The notes under the pieces: generated by a model
The model's database searches: none
The model's input: only the letters and a program-made list of their open reading frames with translations
What the model was told of the DNA's origin: nothing
From: a bacterium
Lineage (GTDB): Bacteria > Electryoneota > Electryoneia > Electryoneales > Electryoneaceae
DNA length: 64,000 nt
Assembly: GCA_963675295.2 (NCBI GenBank)
Contig: CAXXKJ010000002.1
Location: 2,624,001 to 2,688,000, forward strand
Direction of reading: 5' to 3'
In this document: positions 28,126-35,969 of the stretch, piece after piece
How positions within the stretch are numbered: position 1 is the stretch's first letter
Layout of the letters: every line of letters begins with the position of its first letter
Made by a program: the position numbers and the translations under genes

Positions 28126-28332
28126 GGTAAACCGTCGCGGGCGCGTGTCTTTGAAAAACATGGCGCAACAGCCACGCTCTCGGCCACTCAGGATACGACG
28201 TACTTAGCTGCTCCCTATGGCTCGGGTCAAACGGAGCGGAGAACGGATTTCGAATTGTGGACCAATTTCAGGAACGCGGGCTCCGTGAATGCGTATCTTA
28301 CTTAGGAATTCCTAACACATCAGGTTCAGTCC

Positions 28333-29661
28333 ATGATCAAAATCAGTTCGCTAGGTCTTTTGCCGCTGCTGGTGTCACTCGCATTTGCCCTCCCGATCTC
28401 CGTGATGGCGGAGAATGTCGAGAATGGCGTCTCCGTGTTGTATCACCTCACGGACGAAACGGTCTATCCAGATCATGTGCTGCAGGAGGGTGAAACGGCG
28501 ACGTTGCAGTTCAGCATCGCAAATCTCACGGAACCGTGGACAAATATCGACTGGGCGCTGAACCTGGAACAAACCGGACCGGTTTCCGCACAGACTCTGA
28601 ACGGTATGATTGACGAGATCCCGGTGGGTGCCGAACGTACCGTTTTCCTCTCGATTCCGGTCAGCACTGGCGCGCTTGGGAATCTGCCGGACCGTACCGC
28701 CGCATCCCTGACGCTCGACTCCCCAACTGGCGGAATGACGTATTCCTTCCACCTCTCCCTCCGCAAGGCGGAAGTTTTGCTGATTTCAGACGGGATGGAA
28801 GGTGTGCGCGAAGTGATCGCCCCGGCGTTGGAAGCAGGACACATCGTGTGGGGTTACGCCGGTGTGCCGATGAACGAGCTGCCGCATGAAATGTACGAGG
28901 CATGGACAATCATGGTTGAGGCGGACGCCCGTTACTCGCAGTATCTGTTTACGCAGGAGGATGTGCCGGTGCGGGATTGGTTCCGCTACAGCAACGGCGG
29001 ATCTGTGAGCGGGCTGTACCTGTACGAAACGTACCCCTATGGCGATCCGGAATGGCTGGGCGGATTGGCGTCGGTGTGGAACGATCCGCTCGACGAAACT
29101 ACCTTCCTCGGCTACCCGGACGACCCGATCGCCCAGGGCCAGACGATTGAAGCGTGCAGCTCGGACGGTGTAAGCATCTCCTATCCTTGCTGCGGCAATC
29201 CGGCTATCTTCCTAACTGGTGATGGCATCCCAACGGCGGGCTGGTTTGACTACGGCTGGCGAGTGGCGGACTACGGCTTCTCGCTGGTGCACATGGACAA
29301 TGGCGCCGATGTCGAATTGCCCCGTGATGAACTGATCCGGCGCACTGCCAACTGGCTGGTATACCGCGAGACGAGCGTTCTCGAGCCCATCGAAGAACCT
29401 GCACTGCCGGTTAAGATTGAGCTGGTCGCATACCCGAACCCGTTCAACGCATCCCTGACCATCCAGCTTCGCGGCGAGGGACGGCTCTCCCCCGTCGAGA
29501 TCATCAACGCCAACGGCCGGCTGGTCGAGACCCTCTTCCCTTCCTCAACCCACAGCACACAGCTGAGCTGGAACGCGCAGGGTTATCCGAGTGGGACCTA
29601 CTACGTAAAAACCGCGACACCTAATGGTGCCACGGTTCGAAAAGTCACGTTGCTGAAATAA
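28333..29661 (+). CDS. Secreted protein with T9SS type A-like C-terminal sorting domain
   Basis: Signal peptide; C-terminus AYPNPFN...NGRLV...PSGTYYV...RKVTLLK. Confidence 0.8.
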   Translation: MIKISSLGLLPLLVSLAFALPISVMAENVENGVSVLYHLTDETVYPDHVLQEGETATLQFSIANLTEPWTNIDWALNLEQTGPVSAQTLNGMIDEIPVGAERTVFLSIPVSTGALGNLPDRTAASLTLDSPTGGMTYSFHLSLRKAEVLLISDGMEGVREVIAPALEAGHIVWGYAGVPMNELPHEMYEAWTIMVEADARYSQYLFTQEDVPVRDWFRYSNGGSVSGLYLYETYPYGDPEWLGGLASVWNDPLDETTFLGYPDDPIAQGQTIEACSSDGVSISYPCCGNPAIFLTGDGIPTAGWFDYGWRVADYGFSLVHMDNGADVELPRDELIRRTANWLVYRETSVLEPIEEPALPVKIELVAYPNPFNASLTIQLRGEGRLSPVEIINANGRLVETLFPSSTHSTQLSWNAQGYPSGTYYVKTATPNGATVRKVTLLK

Positions 29662-29730
29662 AAACAAAGTCAAAGACAGTAAAAGATAGTAAAAGACAGC
29701 AAAAGACATGAACAGACAGGGAAAGACACA
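29661..29730 (+). repeat. Degenerate 10-bp tandem repeat (7 units, consensus AAAAGACAGT)
   Basis: aaaacaaagt caaagacagt aaaagatagt aaaagacagc aaaagacatg aacagacagg gaaagacaca. Confidence 0.85.
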
Positions 29731-29786
29731 TACACACCTTCGGTTTGCGTGTCTGGAGAAGGCAGTGGCACCGAAAGCGTACTTTC

Positions 29787-30566
29787 CTACCCCAATACCT
29801 TCTTCACCATCTCATCCACCACCGGCTTTACGTGCTGTTCATCCATGAACAGGTGCCCGGCGCCATCCATCTGCAGCAGGCGTGAGCGCGGCGCCCAACG
29901 GACCAGCGTCTCCGCGTTCTCGAACGGCACGATGTTGTCCTCGGCGGCATGCACGGCGATCAGGTTCGGCCGCAGAGATCGCACCGACGGCTCGAGATCC
30001 ACTTCCTTCAGCTTGTCGAAGAACTCCTTGCGCAGCTCACGTGGTTTGCCGTCGGTGTTGATCCGTCCCAGTCCGGTCGCTTGCGCTTCCTCGAACGCAG
30101 ATTTCAGACCAGGCCGCAGCTCACCGGGACGAGCGGTCGCGGCAAAGGTGACCACCAGCTTTACGCTCTCAATCGAACTCGCGGCGGCGAGCGACGCACC
30201 CCCACCGAACGAATGCCCGATCAACACCACCGGGGACGAATAGTTCTTGCGCAGGAATTCGGCGGCGAAGCGCACGTCTGAGACATACCCCTGGAACGTG
30301 GTCTGACTGAAATCGCCCTCGCTCTCACCAAGACCCGGGTAGTCGTAGCGCAGCACGCCGATACCATTCTCGGCCAGGAACCGGCCAGTGTACACCGCCA
30401 CCTTGTACTGCTTGCTGCAGGTGAAGCAGTGGGAGAAGATGGCATACGCTTGGGGTTCCCCCTCCGCGGGCAGATCGAGAATGCCGGCCAGCCGTTCGCC
30501 GTCCTTGTTCGTGAAATGGATGCGCTCGTTGCGGATGTTGCCGCGTGTTGTGTCAGCCATGATCAA
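29787..30566 (-). CDS. Alpha/beta hydrolase resembling the N-terminal domain of bifunctional hydrolase/OsmC proteins
   Basis: FSHCFTCSK, GLGESEGDF, nucleophile motif GHSFGG, HAAEDNIV and GAGHLF. Confidence 0.85.
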   Translation of the reverse strand: MIMADTTRGNIRNERIHFTNKDGERLAGILDLPAEGEPQAYAIFSHCFTCSKQYKVAVYTGRFLAENGIGVLRYDYPGLGESEGDFSQTTFQGYVSDVRFAAEFLRKNYSSPVVLIGHSFGGGASLAAASSIESVKLVVTFAATARPGELRPGLKSAFEEAQATGLGRINTDGKPRELRKEFFDKLKEVDLEPSVRSLRPNLIAVHAAEDNIVPFENAETLVRWAPRSRLLQMDGAGHLFMDEQHVKPVVDEMVKKVLG

Positions 30567-30603
30567 TTGTCTCTGCTTGCTGCTGCATTCGTTCCGGCAC
30601 CTG

Positions 30604-30630
30604 AAACAAGACCGGGGCAGATTGCCCCGG
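30604..30630 (-). terminator. Hairpin/terminator after the EEP gene
   Basis: CCGGGGCA-ATC-TGCCCCGG followed by TCTTGTTT on the minus strand. Confidence 0.55.
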
Positions 30631-30674
30631 CCAGGTCATACGTAAAACTCGTTGCGTGTCAGAAGGTTTCCCTC

Positions 30675-32273
30675 TTAGCGGACCAGCATTGCCTTAAGAG
30701 TTGCAACCTCGCCTTGGGACTGTGCGGTGACGAAGTAGATCCCCGAAGCCTGTGCCGACAGGTTCAGGTTCAACCGGTGTGATCCGGCATTCAAGGTTCC
30801 GTCCAGTACGCTGGCGACCTGACGTCCGGTGACGTCATGCACCGTCACCGCCACGCGCTGCGTCTGCGGCAGACTGAGTTCGATGGTGCTGCTGCCGTTG
30901 AACGGGTTCGGATACAGGCCGGTCAGTTCGAATTCCGCCGGGATGGTGGCGTCGTTCGCGGAGACGGTCGCGTCGGACAAACCGATATCGTGCAGGAACG
31001 CGGCGACATTACCCCCGCCGAGCTTGGTGAACGTGAACGAGTCGCTCGCGAAAACGTTGTTCGGGTTGTTACCGATCTTGCCAACGAGGCTGTATTCACC
31101 ACCAGGCGCGGAAGCAGGGATGTTCTGCGTCAACGGGCGCACGATGGTGTAGTTCGCCGGGATCGGCAACGGCTGCACGTAAGCCAGCGGGCCGTAGGTG
31201 TTGCCGTTTGGCAGGATCGCCTCGGTCCAGCCGGCGGTGACGATCATCTGGTTTGTCGTGTTGGTGATGTAGGCAGTGAACTCCACCGTCCCACCACCCG
31301 GGAAGATGGTCTGGTTCGGAACGGCCGGTTCAAGCGTGAAGATGATATCTTCGCCGGAGAGCCAGTAGCCGACATCAACGAACACCGGGATGTGATCACT
31401 GGCGGCGTGCAAAGCGTCGGCGACTTCCGGCGAGACGACGCTGTTGGTTCCGTTGTTGATCGCCTGGTTGAAGTGGTTGCCGTCGTTGCCGAACGCGGTG
31501 TAGGTGGTCGCGAGAACGTCCCAGCCTTCGCTGTCAAACAGGCTTTCCTGCGCGAGGATGAAATCGAAACGGTCGTCCATGCCGCCAGTCGCACCTCCAC
31601 CGAACGAAGATGTGCGCGGGCTCTGAGTGTGGACAGCCGCCAGGCTGGCATTGTCGTGCCAGTTTCCTGGTGTTTCAATCGGATCTTCAAAACCGGCGTT
31701 CATCAACGCCTGGTAGGCCGGTTCGGAGCTGGTGTAGATATTGAAGTCGCCGCAGAAGAAGAAATCGGTGCTGTACAGGTCTTCCGAGGTCATGTAGCTG
31801 AGCAGATCGAGTACTTCGTCGTACCGGCGATCTTCCTCGCCCTGGCTGGCTTTGAGGTGCGTATTACCAAACCAGATCTCAGGCTCGGTCGGAATGTTCA
31901 GCGCGGCGAACTGGTAGATCTCATGGTTGCGCAGGTCGGTGGGCACGGAGGCATGTGACACGAGCTCGAACAGATCGTTGCGGTAAAACGCATATTCGTC
32001 GCTGGTGCCGAGCAGCGGTCCGGGGGTGCGTGACCAGGTACCGTCCAGCACTTCGTCGAGAAAATCGTCCGCGGCGTCGTTGTTGATCACTTCCTGCGCG
32101 AGGATGATGTCCGGATCGATCTCGTTGATGATCGTCGCGAACTCATCATTGCGGTCGTTGCTGGTAGTGCTATAATTCAGCAGATTGTAGGTCATCACAC
32201 GGATGGTATAATCCTGTGCGACGGCAAACGTCGCCAACAGCATGGCGATCAGAACAAGCAGTGTACTGCGCAT
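30675..32273 (-). CDS. Secreted endonuclease/exonuclease/phosphatase (EEP) with Ig-like domain and T9SS-like CTD
   Basis: MTYNLLN, QE, THLKA, GDFN, RFDFI and SDHIPV; C-terminal LYPNPFN...ASGIYFV...KAMLVR. Start set at MRST (32273). Confidence 0.88.
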   Translation of the reverse strand: MRSTLLVLIAMLLATFAVAQDYTIRVMTYNLLNYSTTSNDRNDEFATIINEIDPDIILAQEVINNDAADDFLDEVLDGTWSRTPGPLLGTSDEYAFYRNDLFELVSHASVPTDLRNHEIYQFAALNIPTEPEIWFGNTHLKASQGEEDRRYDEVLDLLSYMTSEDLYSTDFFFCGDFNIYTSSEPAYQALMNAGFEDPIETPGNWHDNASLAAVHTQSPRTSSFGGGATGGMDDRFDFILAQESLFDSEGWDVLATTYTAFGNDGNHFNQAINNGTNSVVSPEVADALHAASDHIPVFVDVGYWLSGEDIIFTLEPAVPNQTIFPGGGTVEFTAYITNTTNQMIVTAGWTEAILPNGNTYGPLAYVQPLPIPANYTIVRPLTQNIPASAPGGEYSLVGKIGNNPNNVFASDSFTFTKLGGGNVAAFLHDIGLSDATVSANDATIPAEFELTGLYPNPFNGSSTIELSLPQTQRVAVTVHDVTGRQVASVLDGTLNAGSHRLNLNLSAQASGIYFVTAQSQGEVATLKAMLVR

Positions 32274-32488
32274 CGTATGCCTCAAACTTACACGTTGGAA
32301 ATCTTGACGTTGCGTGAAACGGGTGATTCCCGCTTCCAATCTTTGAGTATGATACCGTTTCCACGACGAGTCAATGTGAGACCGGTCTTTTGGAGCTTTT
32401 TGCTTTCGTGATGGGAGTTCGTGCCTGACTATCACACGAGTCTTCTGAACCAGTACATTAGCAAAACTCAATCCCGACGCTGGTAGCT

Positions 32489-34468
32489 TTGATGCCCGAT
32501 CCGACTGAACGTTTCCGCAAGATCCTGTTTCACGCGATGGCTGCGGTCACTGCAGTGATTGTGCCGTTGTCGTTTTCCACGGCGACGCTGGACCCCGGTC
32601 TGATGTTCCGGTTTACGGTCTGGGCAGGCTGTCTGGCGATTGTTGCAGCGATGGTGCTGTGGGGTAGCGTGAGGTACAAGAGTTTACGCTCGCATGGCTT
32701 GTGGCGGTCGGGACTGGTGCTTACAGGTGGGTTGTATGTGCTCGCGGCGGCGATTGGTTTCTGGGTGGCGATCGATAAGCCGGACTGGTTGTACGCCACC
32801 CTGCGGACCGCGCTGCTGGTGTCGCACATGGTGCTGTTCGCCCTGATCCTGCTCTGGAACCGTGAACGCTGGCAGCAGCTCGCGTATTACACCGCCTCCT
32901 TCATGCTGCTGATCTCGCTGGTCGGGATTCTGCAATGGGGCAGCCCGCTATTCCGGATCGGGATGCTCGACCCGCCGTACGGTACGATGATGCACGAGAA
33001 CCTGTTCGCCTCTTTCCTGTTCCTCTCCACCCCGTTAACCCTGTATGGCGCGATCCGGATGAAGAAGTTGTCGCGGTTGCTGTTCTTCGCGGCGCTGTTG
33101 GCAATGGTGGCGGCTGTAGTAGTTTCGACGACACGCGCGACGTGGATCGCGCTGACACTCGGCGCGTCAATCGCCGGAATGATCTTTGTTATTGGTGACC
33201 GCAAAATCGGCGTCAAGAAGCTCTGGGGAACCGGCATCCAGAAGCGAGTCGCGGCGCTTGCGCTGTCGGTGGTGTTGCTGGCGGGGGCGGTGGTGTTTGT
33301 CACCTTTGTCTCGGACCAGTTCGACGATCTGCAGGAGCGTACGCTGCTGTGGCAACGCACGTTGGAACTAACCGAGCTGCATCCGGTCACCGGGCTCGGT
33401 GCGGGCAACTGGGTGCAGTACACCAACATCGAGAACATGCGCAACCGGATCTCTCAGGCAAACTGGATCCGTCCGCACAACGACCCGCTCTGGGTGCTGT
33501 CGGAAACCGGCATCATCGGCCTGATCGGCTATCTCGGGTTGTTCGCGATGGCGTTCTGGTTGAATTGGCGCGCGATCCGTGAAGCGAAGGACAACGAAAC
33601 CCGGTGGCTGGCGGGGCTGGTGCTGTTCGCGCTGATCGGCTTCTTCCTGATCTCCAATTCCGGCTTCCCGCGTGAACGGCTGGAACACAGCGCCTACTTT
33701 GCGACCTATCTGGCGCTGTCCTTTTTTGTCTACCGCATGGCAATCCCGTCGAAGGAAACCGGTAAACGGGCCATTGGAGTACGCGTGACCGCGATTGCCG
33801 TCTTGCTGCTGGCGTCATTTGCGACGGTGGTTGGCGTTTACCGTACCAAGGGCGAATCGCGTGTGCGTATGGCTCATGCCGCGTTGGCCTCGGAACACTA
33901 CGAGGTTGTCATCCCGGTGCTTCGTGACGCGAAGAACCCGTTCTTCGATTGTCATCCGAACGGTCTGCCGATCGAGTACATGCGCGGGATCGCGTACTAC
34001 GAGCAGAAGAACTACGAGCAGGCGCGGAAGAATTTCGAGTACGCAGTGAACAAGAATGGCTACCAGGGGATGAGCATGTGGTGGCTGGGCCGGACCTATG
34101 TCCACACCGAACAGTACCCGAAAGCGGCGGAGATGTTCACCCGTGTGCTCGAATGGTGGCCGGACAACATCTTCAGCCTGCCGGGCCTCGCGTTGTCGTA
34201 TTACCAGATGAACGAGTACGAGCTGGCCTACAAGTACATGCTACGCTACCAGAAGCAGTACGATCCGCAACGTCACCGGCAGTCGTACGCCAGTTTATGG
34301 CAGGCGATTCAGCAACGGTTGACACCGGAGCAGATGGCTGCGTTGGATCAGGAGGTCGAAGAGGTCGAGCTCAGGCGTGCGAAGGAAAAGCGCGGAAAGC
34401 GGCACATCGAGTTGATCCAGGAAAAGCAGCGGGAGCGTCTGGGAATCGAACCCAGCCAGGGCGATTAA
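32489..34468 (+). CDS. O-antigen ligase (Wzy_C/WaaL-like) family membrane protein with C-terminal TPR repeats
   Basis: Many TM helices, TRATW, ERTLLW, PVTGLGAGNW and RPHNDPLWVLSETGIIG; TPR-like YYEQKNYEQARKNFEYA. Confidence 0.85.
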   Translation: MMPDPTERFRKILFHAMAAVTAVIVPLSFSTATLDPGLMFRFTVWAGCLAIVAAMVLWGSVRYKSLRSHGLWRSGLVLTGGLYVLAAAIGFWVAIDKPDWLYATLRTALLVSHMVLFALILLWNRERWQQLAYYTASFMLLISLVGILQWGSPLFRIGMLDPPYGTMMHENLFASFLFLSTPLTLYGAIRMKKLSRLLFFAALLAMVAAVVVSTTRATWIALTLGASIAGMIFVIGDRKIGVKKLWGTGIQKRVAALALSVVLLAGAVVFVTFVSDQFDDLQERTLLWQRTLELTELHPVTGLGAGNWVQYTNIENMRNRISQANWIRPHNDPLWVLSETGIIGLIGYLGLFAMAFWLNWRAIREAKDNETRWLAGLVLFALIGFFLISNSGFPRERLEHSAYFATYLALSFFVYRMAIPSKETGKRAIGVRVTAIAVLLLASFATVVGVYRTKGESRVRMAHAALASEHYEVVIPVLRDAKNPFFDCHPNGLPIEYMRGIAYYEQKNYEQARKNFEYAVNKNGYQGMSMWWLGRTYVHTEQYPKAAEMFTRVLEWWPDNIFSLPGLALSYYQMNEYELAYKYMLRYQKQYDPQRHRQSYASLWQAIQQRLTPEQMAALDQEVEEVELRRAKEKRGKRHIELIQEKQRERLGIEPSQGD

Positions 34469-34521
34469 ACCCCACAACGGTTTTGAAGACCGCGGCGTCC
34501 ACCAGGAACACATCCGCCCCC
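34430..34521 (-). tRNA. selC: tRNA-Sec (anticodon UCA), CCA not encoded
   Basis: GGGGGCGG AT GTGTTC CTGGT GGACGC C GCGGT CTTCAAA ACCGT, then a long variable arm, then CTGGG TTCGATT CCCAG ACGCTCCC G. It has the 8/5 acceptor/T layout, a 6-bp D stem, the UCA anticodon at 34484-34486 and a G discriminator. Confidence 0.88.
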
Positions 34522-34526
34522 GAAAC

Positions 34527-34559
34527 ACAGTCGTCAGTTGTCAGTACTCAGTGGTCAGT
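34527..34559 (-). repeat. 7-bp periodic repeat (ACTGA-NN) between mpl and selC
   Basis: Plus-strand (t/a)cagt starts at 34527, 34534, 34541, 34548 and 34555. Confidence 0.75.
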
Positions 34560-35940
34560 CAGCACGGAAGAGGTCGTAGATCCCCCCGAATGCGCCGTTG
34601 GAGAAGATAAGCACCACATCCCCCGCTTTGCCCGTGCTCCGGATCATCCCGGCCAGCTCGGAAACGTCGTCCAAGGATTGTCCCTTGACCCCGCAGTCGC
34701 GCAGTTCGTTAAGCACCGCGTCACGGTTCAACCTTTCGTCGAACGGAATCCGCTCGGCACGGTGAATCGGGCCGAAATAGACCTCGTCCGCCGCCTGCAA
34801 CGCACTTGCCAGCACGTCCTGATGCAACCGCCGGACCATCGTGTTCGATCGCGGTTCGATCAGCACACGCAAGCGTTTTCCCGGCCATCGCGCCCTTGCG
34901 GCGGCGATGGTTTCCTTCATCGCGGTCGGGTGATGACCGAAATCGTCGATGTAGGTGACACCGTCCCGCTCGAGAAACACTTCCATCCGCCGGCGGATGC
35001 CCTTGAACTGCATCAGCGCCTCGGTGATGTCCGGAACGGTTGCGCCCATCAATGTTGTCGCGGCGACAGCAGCAATGGTGTTCCGCAGGTTGTGCATCCC
35101 GGCAAGCGGGACCGCCAGCTCGGCATACCGATTCCCGCCACGGTCGATCACCAGCCCGCTGAACCCTCCGGAGATTCCGGTGTAGGTTCCTTTCCAGTGT
35201 GCGTCCGCGGCGAAGCCGTAGGTCTGTACCCGGCTGTGTGCGTGTTTCGCCAACGCCAGCGCACGGCGGTCGTCCGCACAGGTCAGCAGAGTGCCGTCCG
35301 GCGGGATCAGCCGCAGCATGAATTGGAAGCTGCGTTCAATCGCGTCGATGTCGTCGTAGATGTCCGCATGATCCATTTCGACGGACGTAACAATGGCGAT
35401 ATACGGTAGATAGTGGAAGAACTTCGCGCGTTTGTCGAAGAAGGCGGTGTCGTATTCGTCACCCTCGATCACGAACGGCTTGTCCACTGCCCCCAGCCGA
35501 GCGGACGATGGCAAGTCGAGCGGCTGGCCGCCGATCAACCAGCCCGGTTCGAGCCCGCAGGCGTGCATCAGGTAGGCGGTCAAGGTGGTGGTGGTGGTTT
35601 TGCCGTGCGTGCCGGCGACGACCACTGGACGTCGTTGCCGCAACACATGCAGCCGCAGAAATTCCGGCAGGCTGGTGTAAGGGATTCGGCGTCGCAGCAT
35701 CTCCTCGACCTCCACCTGTCCCCGGCTGAAAGCGTTGCCGACGACAACCAGGTCCGGTTTCCACTCGAGGTTCTGTTCGGCGAAACCGGTGTAAATGGTG
35801 ACGCCCAGTTCCTTGACCATCTCAGACGCTGGCGGATAGAGCGGATTGTCGCTGCCGCGTACCTCGAAGCCAGCCTCTATTGCGATGCGTGCTCCGGCGA
35901 GCATCCCGGTGCCGCCGATGCCGATAAAGTGGATTTTCAT
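34555..35940 (-). CDS. mpl: Murein peptide ligase Mpl (MurC-like)
   Basis: IHFIGIGGTGM, YPPAS, AGTHGKTTTT, IEGDEYDTAFFDKRAKF, DHADIY, DDFGHHPT, EPRSNT and SNGAFGGI. An alternative start lies at 35970. Confidence 0.9.
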   Translation of the reverse strand: MKIHFIGIGGTGMLAGARIAIEAGFEVRGSDNPLYPPASEMVKELGVTIYTGFAEQNLEWKPDLVVVGNAFSRGQVEVEEMLRRRIPYTSLPEFLRLHVLRQRRPVVVAGTHGKTTTTTLTAYLMHACGLEPGWLIGGQPLDLPSSARLGAVDKPFVIEGDEYDTAFFDKRAKFFHYLPYIAIVTSVEMDHADIYDDIDAIERSFQFMLRLIPPDGTLLTCADDRRALALAKHAHSRVQTYGFAADAHWKGTYTGISGGFSGLVIDRGGNRYAELAVPLAGMHNLRNTIAAVAATTLMGATVPDITEALMQFKGIRRRMEVFLERDGVTYIDDFGHHPTAMKETIAAARARWPGKRLRVLIEPRSNTMVRRLHQDVLASALQAADEVYFGPIHRAERIPFDERLNRDAVLNELRDCGVKGQSLDDVSELAGMIRSTGKAGDVVLIFSNGAFGGIYDLFRAD

Positions 35941-35969
35941 CGGGCGGTTGTTTGTGACGTTGTCGGGCA

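Noticed and set aside
29661-29730. CRISPR array
   Set aside because: The units are 10 bp and contiguous, with no spacers and no cas genes.
28333-34430. Island integrated at selC
   Set aside because: The genes look accessory, but I found no integrase and no second copy of the selC 3' end in the window.
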